DNA of 15,547 bases from Octopus sinensis. Taxonomy: Eukaryota. The DNA is taken from positions 1-15,547 of the forward strand of contig NW_021825779.1 of the NCBI RefSeq assembly GCF_006345805.1, given 5' to 3'. Positions 1-9,577 of this stretch are shown here, piece by piece. Position numbers and translations under genes: made by a program. The notes under the pieces are model-generated. The model was not told the DNA's origin. It did no database searches and was given only the letters and a program-made list of their open reading frames with translations. Position 1 is the first letter of the stretch. Each line of letters opens with the position of its first letter.

Positions 1-314
1 CAAGTGTAGAACAAAACTCTATTAAGACACACTCCACCTTGGGACAAAACTTCCTAAGTTACAGTGAGAAATAGGACAAAATTCTCTCAATTATAATTTT
101 TTTGTTTTTGAACTTTAATACCATTTAATACTGTTAAAATTAGAAGAAAATATATAATTTAAGTAATTTAATACTGAGATAATCGTGAAAAATAAAATCT
201 TCTTTTGTGTGGGTTCACTCCACATGTTCGTTATATTGGTGACCTGAGAGGCATAATTGCCCAGGTGTTGTCAACGCTGCACTTTCCCGTATTACCTGTT
301 CCAACATAACTGTA

Positions 315-320
315 ATATAC

Positions 321-351
<31 letters not shown>

Positions 352-360
352 CATATATAT
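315..360. repeat. (TA)n microsatellite
   Basis: Near-pure TA run with CA interruptions. Similar runs occur at about 891-943, 1637-1658, 1765-1833, 2071-2138, 3122-3170, 4142-4191, 4790-4828 and 12889-12910. Confidence 0.95.
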
Positions 361-669
361 TTTTTTATTTATTCTTCTATCTAATTTAACACTGACTCCT
401 TGACCACTCCCCCAGTATGATATTTTGCGCTATGCCTACCCCCAAAAATCCCCCACCAACACCCCTTTAAACCTTCCTAAATGTATAAATGCCAATAACA
501 ATTCTTGTTAACTAGCTTCCTGAAAAATTTCTCTTGAATGAAACATTCTAGTCCTGTAGAAGCTCCTTCTATATCATAAATTAATTTTACTCTGCTATGT
601 ATTGAGTACTTATTTACTGTGGTTAACCCCGACTCAACCCGGGACCTACATACATATATATATATATAT

Positions 670-890
670 GTGGCCCTCGTTTAGTACCACTGGCGATTTT
701 TTTCCTCTGTCTTCCCTTCTCTGGATCTTTCCTTCTCATATGTTTCCGACGAAGAGCTCCGCTGTACGAAACGTTAAACCCTCCTTCTTCCCTTCTTTCC
801 TGAGCGTCCAATAATACTTTATTTGTTCCACGTCCTCGCGTTGTTGTTTTTTTTTTTGTGTTTTTTTGGTGTTTCTTATTGGATTAACTT
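670..890 (+). mobile_element. Probable Penelope-like element terminal-repeat remnant
   Basis: Pyrimidine-rich segment carrying a minimal hammerhead-like motif (742-779), bounded by TA runs. Minimal hammerheads are known from Penelope-like element terminal repeats. No ORF support; boundaries approximate. Confidence 0.4.
742..779 (+). ncRNA. Degenerate minimal type I hammerhead ribozyme motif
   Basis: GTTT-CCGACGA-A-GAGC TCC GCT(GTA)C-GAAAC-GTT-AAAC. Stem I is GTTT/AAAC, the core is CCGACGA (canonical CUGANGA), stem II is GAGC/GCTC interrupted by GTA, followed by GAAA and a palindromic AACGTT stem III. Confidence 0.45.
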
Positions 891-904
891 TATATATATA
901 TATA

Positions 905-943
<39 letters not shown>

Positions 944-1088
944 CGTGTCAAATGTAATATGTGACAATTATTCAGTAGCCAAGATAAATTCCAAGTTTCA
1001 GATGTCAAAATTTACAGATAAATTCCTCTATTTACATAATATCGAGATCTCTTTCTTTCTTTTGTTATCTTACGGTTTTTATCAATAT

Positions 1089-1334
1089 ATCATCATCATC
1101 ATCATCATTTAACGTCCGCTTTCCATGCTAGCATGGGTTGGACGATTTGACTGAGGTCTGGCGAACCAGACTCCAATCTGATCTGGCAGAGTTTCTACAG
1201 CTGGATGCTCATCCTAACGCCAACCACTCCGAGAGTATAGTGGGTGCTTTTTACGTGCCACTGGGACAAGGGCCAGTTTGGTGGTACTGGCAATGGCCAC
1301 GCCCAAATGGTACTTTTTACGTGCCACCTGCACA
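1089..1334 (-). mobile_element. 3' part of a non-autonomous retroelement with (GAT)n tail
   Basis: (CAT)n run followed by TTTAACGTCCG...CCATGCTAGCATGGGTT..., clearly homologous to 12203-12400. Contains two TTTTTACGTGCCAC modules. Confidence 0.8.
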
Positions 1335-1345
1335 ATATATATATA

Positions 1346-1639
1346 TGCCCATTGGTTAGGGCAGCGGACTCGCGGTCGGAGGATCGCGGTTTCGATTCCC
1401 AGACCAGCTGTTATGTGTGTTTATTGAGCGAAAACACCTAAAAGCTCCACGAGGCTCCGGCAGGGGGTAGTGATCCCTGCTGTACTCTTTCACCACTCTT
1501 TCTATCACTTTTTCTTCTGTTGGCCTGCTCGCTTAGCCAGCGGGGTGGTGTCGTTCGAAGGCTAAAACAATGCGAACACATTGTGACCAGCGATGTGTAA
1601 CAACATCTGATGGTCTGGTCGGTCACGTGATCACGTGAT
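1346..1639 (+). mobile_element. tRNA-derived SINE (SINE-Y) with RTE-type 3' tail
   Basis: Head GGTTAGGGCAGCGGACTCGCGGTCG...GGTTTCGATTCCC (B box) and body are nearly identical to 9595-9760. The last ~50 bp match the RTE fragment 3' end at 1833-1885. Ends in (CACGTGAT)2. Confidence 0.85.
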
Positions 1640-1832
1640 ATATATATATATATATATAAAATAAATAACGCTGAAGCAATTAACACCAAATGTACAGTGC
1701 GTGTGTTTTTTATTGGCTAAACTGGCAAAATGACAATTCCTAAATACAACACACACACGCACATATATACATATCATATATATAGATATATATTAATATA
1801 TAATATATAGTATATATATATATATATATATA

Positions 1833-2066
1833 TGATCACTTTGACCGACCAGTCCGTCAGGTGTCTTTTGACACCGCTGGTCACAGCACGCTGTCCACTC
1901 CTCTTGGATCGCGCCTTTCTCATCCACGTGATCTCAATCGTCCTCTTGAAATCGTCACTCCACTGTTGTGGAGGTCTTCCGGGTGGTCTTTCCGCTCACG
2001 CGGGTACCACTCGACAGTGCGTGCGTCACCGATTATCGGTGAGCGGGCGATGTGTCCAGCCCATGT
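1833..2066 (-). mobile_element. 3' fragment of an RTE-clade LINE (frameshifted)
   Basis: Joining frames by eye gives WAGHIAR..DNR(W)...VEWYPRERKRPPGRPPQQWSDDFK, the typical RTE ORF C-terminus (WAGHVAR...W.PR..KR..GRP..RW.D). Confidence 0.8.
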
Positions 2067-2101
2067 AAAAATATATATATATATATAAATATATATAAAT
2101 A

Positions 2102-2140
<39 letters not shown>

Positions 2141-2157
2141 AACTATATCATTTTAAT

Positions 2158-2187
2158 CCTGAGCAACGCCAGGTATCTCTGCTAAGT
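2158..2187 (+). mobile_element. Helitron-like 3' terminus (duplicated at 3189-3218)
   Basis: GC-rich hairpin CCTG-A-GC-AAC-GC-CAGG, then 8 nt, then CTAA(G)T. This fits the hairpin + CTRR layout of Helitron 3' ends. The 5' end was not found. Confidence 0.45.
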
Positions 2188-2695
2188 AACTGAATACATT
2201 AAGGGAAGATAGGAGTTAAGGGAAGTATGTATATATTCATTTTATTTTATTCCTCGTTCTTAAACAACCTATCCAAGTCCACAGATTTAATGTAGGGGGA
2301 CAGAAGACATCATACGAAAATGTGCTTGTGTGCGTCTGTACATGTGTTTGTGTGTGCACGCACTGTATTATCAAGAACGAAAGAATGAGAAATGATAATT
2401 TCTATGACATACCAACAGGTATGTCATTTTCTTTTGAACAAATAATGTTTGTATAATGGCAGCACACCCATTTATACAGTTATTCCGCCGAGCCGACTTC
2501 GTATCAGTTTCAAGGGCAGATTTTTTTAAAGTCAACAAATCCCTGCCTAACCAATAATAGGAAACTTAGGGTCCTTTGTGTAGATTTCTTTCTCTCTCTC
2601 TCTCTCTATCCCCTTCTCTGTGGATGTGTGTACCTGTGTGTGCACCTGTGTACCTGTGTAGGGGCGTGGGTATCTTTTATTTGTTATATGCTATA

Positions 2696-3123
2696 TACTT
2701 ACTTTTACTTTACTTTACTTTACTTTTACTTGTTTCAGTCGTTTGACTGCGGCCATGCTGGAGCACCGCCTTTAGTCCAGCAAATCGACCCCGGGGCTTA
2801 TTCTTTTTGTAAGCCCAGTACTTATTCTATCGGTGTCCTTTGCCGAACCGCTAAGTGACGGCGACATAAACACACCAGCATCGGTTGTCAAGCAATGCTA
2901 GGGGGACAAACACAGACACACAAACACATACATATACATATATATATATACATATATACGACAGGCTTCTTTCAGTTTCCGTCTACAAAATCCACTCACA
3001 AGGCATTGGTCGGCCCGGGGCTATAGCAGAAGACACTTGCCCAAGATGTCACGCAGTGGGACTGAACCCGGAACTATGTGGTTGGTTAGCAAGCTACTTA
3101 CCACACAGCCACTCTTGCACCTA
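2696..3123 (-). mobile_element. Full-length tRNA-derived SINE (SINE-X) with CR1-type tail
   Basis: Minus strand has A-box-like TGGCTGTGTGG, B-box-like GGGTTCAGTCCC, a CTTGGGCAAGT core-like motif, an internal TA/TG microsatellite, and the tail GGTGCTCCAGCATGGCC...CTGAAACAA(GTAAA)n. Confidence 0.85.
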
Positions 3124-3129
3124 TATATA

Positions 3130-3172
<43 letters not shown>

Positions 3173-3722
3173 ACTATATCATTTTAATCCTGAGCAACGC
3201 CAGGTATCTCTGCTAAGTAACTGAATACATTAAGGGAAGATAGGAGTTAAGGGAAGTTGTATATATTCATTTTATTTTATTCCTCGTTCTTAACCACCTA
3301 TCCAAGTCCACAGATTTAAGTAGGGGACAGAAGACATCTATACGAAAATGTGCTTGTGTGCGTCTGTACATTGTTTTGTGTGTGCACGCACTGTATTATC
3401 AAGAACGAAAGAATGAGAAATGATAATTTCTATGACATACCAACAGTATGTCATTTTCTTTTGAACAATAAATGTTTGTATAATGGCAGCACACCATTTA
3501 TACAGTATTCCCTTCGCCGCCGACTTCGTATCAGTTTTCAAGGCAGATTTTTTTAAAGTCAACAAATCCCTGCCTAACCAATAATAGGAAACTTAGGTCC
3601 TTTGTGTAGATTCTTCTTTCTCTCTCTCTCTCTCTAATCCCCTTCTCTGTGGATGTGTGTACCTGTGTGTGCACTGTGTACCTGTGTAGGGGCGTGGGTA
3701 TTTTTATTTGTTATATGCTATA

Positions 3723-4142
3723 TACTTACTTTTACTTTACTTTACTTACTTTTACTTGTTCAGTCGTTTGACTGCGGCCATGCTGGAGCACCGCCTTTAG
3801 TCCCAGCAATCGACCCCGGGGCTTATTCTTTTTGTAAGCCCAGTACTTATTCTATCGGTGTCCTTTGCCGAACCGCTAAGTGACGGCGACATAAACACAC
3901 CAGCATCGGTTGTCAGCAATGCTAGGGGGACACACAGACACACAAACACATACATATACATATATATATATACATATATACGACAGGCTTCTTCAGTTTC
4001 CGTCTACAAAATCCACTCACAAGGCATTGGTCGGCCCGGGCTATAGCAGAAGACACTTGCCCAAGATGTCACGCAGTGGGACTGAACCCGGAACTATGTG
4101 TTGGTTAGCAAGCTACTTACCACACAGCCACTCTTGCACCTA
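3723..4142 (-). mobile_element. SINE-X copy within the second duplication unit
   Basis: Collinear with 2696-3123 and shares its private substitutions. Confidence 0.85.
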
Positions 4143-4150
4143 TATATATG

Positions 4151-4181
<31 letters not shown>

Positions 4182-4191
4182 ATATATATAT

Positions 4192-4355
4192 CGACGGGCT
4201 TCTTTCAGTTTCCGTCTACCAAATCCACTCACAAGGCTTTGGTCGGCTGGGTCTATAGCAGAAGACACTTGCCCAAGATGCCACGCAGTGGGACTGAACC
4301 CGGAACCATGTGGTTGGTAAGCAAGCTACTTACCACACAGCCACTCCTGCGCCTA
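4192..4355 (-). mobile_element. SINE-X 5' half
   Basis: Head to internal microsatellite; homologous to 2960-3123. Confidence 0.85.
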
Positions 4356-4357
4356 TA

Positions 4358-4719
4358 TACTTACTTTTACTTTACTTTACTTTAATTTTACTTGTTTCAG
4401 TCATTTGACTGCGGCCATGCTGGAGCACCGCCTTTAGTCGAGCAAATATACCCCGGGACTTATTCTTTTTGTAAGCCCAGTACTTATTCTATCGGTCTCT
4501 TTTTTGCCGAACCGCTAAGTGATGGCGACATAAACACACCAGCATCGGTTGTCAAGCAATGCTAGGGGGACAAACACAGACACACAAACACATACATATA
4601 CATATATATATATACATATATACGACAGGCTTCTTTCAGTTTCCGTCTACCAAATCCACTCACAAGGCATTGGTCGGCCCGAGGCTATAGTAGAAGACAC
4701 TTGCCCAAGGTGCCATGCA
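4358..4719 (-). mobile_element. SINE-X, 5'-truncated (head missing)
   Basis: From the (GTAAA)n tail to ...CAAGGTGCCATGC; homologous to 2696-3057. Confidence 0.85.
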
Positions 4720-4777
4720 TGATTGATTGATTGATTCTAGTTTCAGCTCACGAGCTGTGGCCATGCTGGGGCACCGC
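4720..4777 (-). mobile_element. Very short CR1-type 3' tail copy with (CAAT)n end
   Basis: CTAGTTTCAGCTCACGAGCTGTGGCCATGCTGGGGCACCGC is almost identical to the LINE end at 13047-13088. Confidence 0.8.
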
Positions 4778-5816
4778 ATATTTATTTATTTGTTATATAT
4801 ATTTATTATATATATATATATATATATTTGTCTCTCTTTCCCTCTCTCTCACTCTCTTTCTCTGCCTGTATGTATGTACAAGGGGCCATGCTGGGGCACC
4901 GCTATGAAGGGTCTTACACAGCCACTCCTACCGAATGATAAAAAAATTTGAAAACACGCTCGGATATCAGTCTATATTGGCATTTATGTGGAGAAGTTAC
5001 ATCTTATAATACTTCCTTCCTTAGCATACACAGCCCCCTCCCCACTTCTTGGTATGTATCTTACCTTCTTTAATGACAATGTTACCTTTAAGAAACATTC
5101 GTTAATTACCTAAATGGATATGTAGCAATAACCATTTTACTCATTTTGAAATGTGGCGCGAATTGGCAATATGACGTAATGTCATATTGCCGAAGAATTA
5201 TCATTTTCATTTTTTTTCATTGGTTAATATAGCTGCTCATATAAAGATTCTAAAAGTTTCGTAAAGAATATCTGTCAGGGATTTCGATTCTTTTTAGTCA
5301 AGTTGAGCAGTTATAAAAACCCTGGATTTTGGAAAATATATCAGCGTTCGATGGTTGTCATGTAACTCCACGACACTCACTCTTTTGGAGACATTGGTAA
5401 TTTTTATGCCATGTCTAAGTTAATCACAAATCTATTTTGATTTGTTGGTTAATGTATTAGATAGAAAGAAGAAATTAGCTAAGGAATTTATAGTCGTTTT
5501 TCTTCACGACAAAGTTATCTTTCTTGCTGTAAATAATATAGATATTTCCCCCACAAAACATGAAACAGCGCCGAAAACAGAAACTCAAGCATGTAAACAA
5601 ATATCAAAGCTAAGAGAGACAGACAAATAGAGACACAGGAACGATAACAAAGTTTCATTCTGTCAGCAAAGAGTGGATGACAACAAAACCATAGCAATGG
5701 CGAGTCGCCCTAGTTTCCAATAGTGGTTACATCAAGTTTTAGAAACTGTATGACAGTCCTTTTGACCAAAACATAAACAAATATTCCGTTTATAGGAAAG
5801 AAGACAGAAAATAAAG

Positions 5817-5886
5817 GGCGGCAAACTGGCAAAATCGCTACCAGGCCAGGCAAAAGTTCTTACCAGCATTTTGTCTGTCTTTACAT
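5817..5886 (+). mobile_element. Decayed SINE-M head fragment
   Basis: GGCGGCAAACTGGCAAAATCGCTA...GGCAAAAGTTCTTACCAGCATTTTGTCTG loosely matches the head at 10796-10860. Confidence 0.4.
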
Positions 5887-5934
5887 GTGAAGACTCCAGA
5901 AAGTACTTCCAGGGACATGCGATTAACTAAAAAC

Positions 5935-6091
5935 AGGCGTGGCTGTGTGGTAAGAAGCTTGCTTCCCAACCATATGGTCCCGGGGTTCAGTCCTACAACG
6001 TGGCACCTTGAGAGCAAGTGCATTCTACTATAGTCTCAGGCCAATCAAAACCTTGTGAGCGGATTTGGTAGACAGAAAGTGAAAGAAGCTC
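5935..6091 (+). mobile_element. Decayed SINE-X 5' half
   Basis: GTGGCTGTGTGGTAAGAAGCTTGC...GGGTTCAGTCC...GAAAGAAGC matches the reverse complement of 4192-4355. Confidence 0.8.
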
Positions 6092-6472
6092 ATTTTTTTG
6101 TTATACAAGTTTCATGACGTCCTGTGCCCACATATACATATATATATATATACATTATTGTATGATTGAATGCCACGCATTCTCTACCAAGTAAGTTTTA
6201 TTTTAATAATTCTGATGCGCACTCTATACGATCTTTTTACTCTTTCGTTTATCTCTCTTATTCTTTTACCTCCTTTTCTCCCACTATTCTGTCACTCCCT
6301 CTCCCTCATTTCTCCTCCCTTGCTCATGTGGCTCCCGCGTGACCATTGGCCATCTTTCTTTATCTCCTAATTTGTGTTTCTTTATCTCCGTTGTAGCTGG
6401 AACAAGGAAGGCGTGTTCTTGTCTGTCTCCTGTCCAAGCTTGATTTACGCGATCGCCAAGCTTGATTTACGC

Positions 6473-6500
6473 TACTTACCACACGGCCACTCCTGCACCT
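6473..6500 (-). mobile_element. SINE-X head stub
   Basis: TACTTACCACACGGCCACTCCTGCACCT. Preceded by a 17-bp direct repeat CCAAGCTTGATTTACGC (6434-6450 and 6456-6472). Confidence 0.6.
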
Positions 6501-7399
6501 CAAAATTTTTTGACAAAATTTTGTATTTTAGAAGTTATTTCGTTTCAAAGTTGTCGTATTTGGGTAATTTTTTCGGTTTAGCTTAAAAAATAATAATTAA
6601 AAAATCTGTAAGCAACACTGAAGAGATTGCTCAACCTTAATGACAGACACAAATTTGACCGTTTCATTTGAACAAACGATTCGAGCAATGATGTTGAGGG
6701 TTCGTCGTGGTGGTGATGGTAGTAGTGGTTATTGATGTGGGAGGATGGCAGAAGTACTATTTGTCTCTCTCTCTCACTCTTTTTTTTTTTTTCCTTATGT
6801 AGTTGTTGTATTTTGCTATTCAGAAATTTCGCCATATGTCAGAAAGCGATTCCGAACTTTTGACGTATTCATAAAAGAGTTTGACCTGAAAAATTTGCTT
6901 CTTTCTTATCTTTTTTTTTTTTTCTCTATCTCTCTCGCTTTTTATTTTTTCATTCATTGTTGTTCATTCTTTGTTGTTTATCCTTGGAAATGAAGGCATT
7001 CTTTACTGATAGAATCGGTGTGAGAAAGAGAGAGAAAGAGATCAGTAAACACGTATTCATTGTCCGTAGAGAGCTGATGGCGGCGACATTAAAATAACGT
7101 CGTAGTGTTGGTGACGGTGATGATGATTGATATAGATGTTGTCGTTCAGCTACAAATCAGACTTCATTGATCAGATCTGTGATAAAAGCCATTCCAGCCG
7201 TGACCTTTTCGCATGTCGGACATTACTACCTTATTCAATGTCTTCCCTTTCTTTGTTGTTTAACACGGAATTCGTTGATTTAAGGAAGATTTAATTGCTA
7301 TGTCTAGCAGCTTGAGCGACTGTGTAGGCGTCTAGGGATCTGTCGGAAGAGGTTGCGCGCTTTAGAAACTCCTGAACAACTCCAGCAGTCAGTAATTGA

Positions 7400-8464
7400 T
7401 GAAGGTCGATAAATTAAGTACCAGTTACGCACTGGAGTTGATGTAATCAACACAATCCCTTTGTCTGTCCTTGTTTGTCCCCTCTATGTTTAGCCCCTTG
7501 TGGGCAATAAAGAAATATATATGTATATATATTCATGTATTTCATCTGTCGTTACGTTCTGAGTTCAAATTCCGCCAAGGTCGACTTTGCCTTTCATCCT
7601 CTCGGGGGTCGATAAATAAAGTACCAGTTACGCACTGGGGTCGATGTAATCAACTTAATCCCTTTGTCTGTCCTTGTTTGCCCCTCTGTGTTTAGCCCCT
7701 TGGGGTAATAAAGAAATAGGTATTTCGTCTGCTGTTACGTTCTGAGTTCAAATTCCGCCAAGGTCGACTTTGCCTTTCATCCTTTCGGGGTCGATAAATT
7801 AAGTACCAGTTACACACAGGGGTCGATGTAATCGACTTAATCCCTTTGTCTGTCCTTGTTTGTCCCCTCTGTGTTTAGCCCCTTGTGGGTAGTAAAGAAA
7901 TAGGTATTTCGTCTGCCGTTACGTTCTGAGTTCAAATTCTGCCAAGGTCGACTTTGCCTTTCATCCTCTCGGGGGTCGATAAATAAAGTACCAGTTACGC
8001 ACTGGGGTCGATGTAATCGACTTAATCCCTTTGTCCTTGTTGTCCCCTCTATGTTTAGCCCCTTGTGGACAATAAAGAAATATATATATTATTCATGTAT
8101 TTCATCTGTCGTTACGTTCTGAGTTCAAATTCCGCCAAGGTCGACTTTGCCTTTCATCCTCTCGGGGGTCGATAAATAAAGTACCAGTTACGCACTGGGG
8201 TCGATGTAATCAACTTAATCCCTTTGTCTGTCCTTGTTTGTCCCCTCTGTGTTTAGCCCCTTGTGGGTAATAAAGAAATAGGTATTTCGTCTGCTGTTAC
8301 GTTCTGAGTTCAAATTCCGCCGAGGTCGACATTGCCTTTCATCCTTTCGGGGTCGATAAATTAAGTACCAGTTACACACAGGGGTCGATGTAATCGACTT
8401 AATCCCTTTGTCTGTCCTTGTTTGTCCCCTCTATGTTTAGCCCCTTGTAGGAAATAAAGAAATA
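7400..8464 (+). repeat. Head-to-tail array A of headless SINE-M (1 partial + 5 near-full ~184-bp units)
   Basis: Units start at about 7400 (partial), 7537, 7719, 7903, 8097 and 8281, and each ends AAAGAAATA. The central GTCGACTTTGCCTTTCATCC...GTCGATAAA...GTACCAG resembles, from memory, the metazoan Meta/MESC SINE core. Confidence 0.9.
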
Positions 8465-8547
8465 AGATTGAAACAACGCAGAGGATCTGTGAGGATCAGT
8501 TATAACTGACTCGTTCATATGCTAGGATATAAGATTAAATATTTCTT

Positions 8548-8752
8548 GTCCAGGTGACAAGACATGTGAGGACGTCGCTAAGGGTTTGGGTGAGCAGCTG
8601 CTATCTTTAGTGTTCGGGTCAGGGCTGTGTCGAAGGATTAGTTACCGCAGAAGGGTCTCCATCACGAGGAAGAGAAGGTAGGTGCCTTTATATTCAAATC
8701 GCGCACTCACCACAAGCTATTTCGGCGTCCTCACACGTCTTGTCACCTGGAC
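8548..8752. repeat. Foldback with 30-bp inverted arms
   Basis: 8548-8577 GTCCAGGTGACAAGACATGTGAGGACGTCG versus 8723-8752 CGGCGTCCTCACACGTCTTGTCACCTGGAC: 28/30 complementary. No target-site duplication (TSD) seen. Confidence 0.85.
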
Positions 8753-8770
8753 GACCCACGTTGGAAAAAG

Positions 8771-8857
8771 CCCAATTGACGGCTGCCTGCGCACGCCTGA
8801 CAGCTTCCCCTTCCGGTTTCCCCAGCTTCCGGTCAACGCACCCAGCTGCTGACGTCA
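8771..8857. promoter_or_regulatory. Cluster of promoter-type motifs in a GC-rich patch
   Basis: CCAAT (~8772), TGCGCACGC (8788, NRF1-like), CTTCCGG twice (8810 and 8826, ETS) and TGACGTCA (8850, CRE). Motif match only; no functional evidence. Confidence 0.3.
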
Positions 8858-8888
8858 TCCCACATTTACATCAATGAGTAGAACATAC

Positions 8889-9577
8889 ATATTAATAGTT
8901 ATTGCCAAGCTAATATGGCAGTCCAGAAAAATAGGACGAATGCTGCCGTTGATTAGCTCCAAGAGGCCATCGCCTCTAGCTAGCTATGTGACACACAAAC
9001 CTGTGTCCATTATAACCTTCGAACAGGGGAGGTTAGCCGCTTCCCCTTGCTGGTCTGGCATCCGCAGACTAGTTTCAGGGTATTTGTCCCTTATCAATGT
9101 TGAGCAGCCGAACGAGGCAGGTGTCGCCACTGACCGTCTGTTCGAAGGATTATTTACCTAAATTCAGTGGGATACATCCACTGGTTTTCAAAAGGAGTCT
9201 ATGGCAGCAGTACTGGATATTAATAGTTATCGCCAAGCTAACATGGAAGTCCAGAAAAATAGGACGAATGCTGCCGTTGATTAGCTTCAAGAGGCCATCG
9301 CCTTTAGCTAGCTATGTGACACACAAACCTGTGTCCATTATAATAACCTTTGAACAGGGGAGATCAGCCGCTTCCCCTTGCCTCTTATCAATGTGGATTA
9401 GTCAAACCCAGCATGCGTCACTGCTGACTGACTGCTCGAAGGATTATTTACCGAAATTCAGTGGGATACATCCACTGGTTTTCAAAAATAGAAATATCAA
9501 TATTTCTAAGTCTCTCTAAAGGAGACTATGGCAGCGGTACTGGATATTAATAGTTATCGCCAAGCTAATATGGCAGT
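8889..9577. repeat. ~328-bp tandem repeat (2 full units + interrupted third)
   Basis: Units start ATATTAATAGTTAT(T/C)GCCAAGCTAA at 8889, 9217 and 9544. The third unit is split by a SINE and resumes at 9963-10003. Confidence 0.9.

Larger units (their letters stand above)
2139..4191. repeat. ~1030-bp tandem duplication (2139-3170 / 3171-4191)
   Basis: Both copies start CA(A)ACTATATCATTTTAATCCTGAG and run collinearly to a TA run. Differences are mostly single-base indels. Confidence 0.95.

Noticed and set aside
602-4951. Short ORFs containing YIYIYI/THTH runs
   Set aside because: They are translations of TA/CA microsatellites and SINE sequence, mostly with non-ATG starts and no domain signal.
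6170-6200. Possible host exon ending at CAA|GTAAGT
   Set aside because: An isolated donor consensus with no convincing acceptor or coding signal.
7050-7400. Possible old interspersed repeat upstream of array A
   Set aside because: Only a vague recalled resemblance, with no second copy in the window to support it.
8905-8950. Hammerhead-like GTCC...GGACGAA in the 328-bp repeat
   Set aside because: Resembles stem II, but there is no upstream CUGANGA, and GAAT replaces GAAA.
8874-9519. 95-aa and 140-aa ORFs as a repeated protein
   Set aside because: They arise from the 328-bp repeat. The period is not a multiple of three, units carry indels, and no motif is recognisable.
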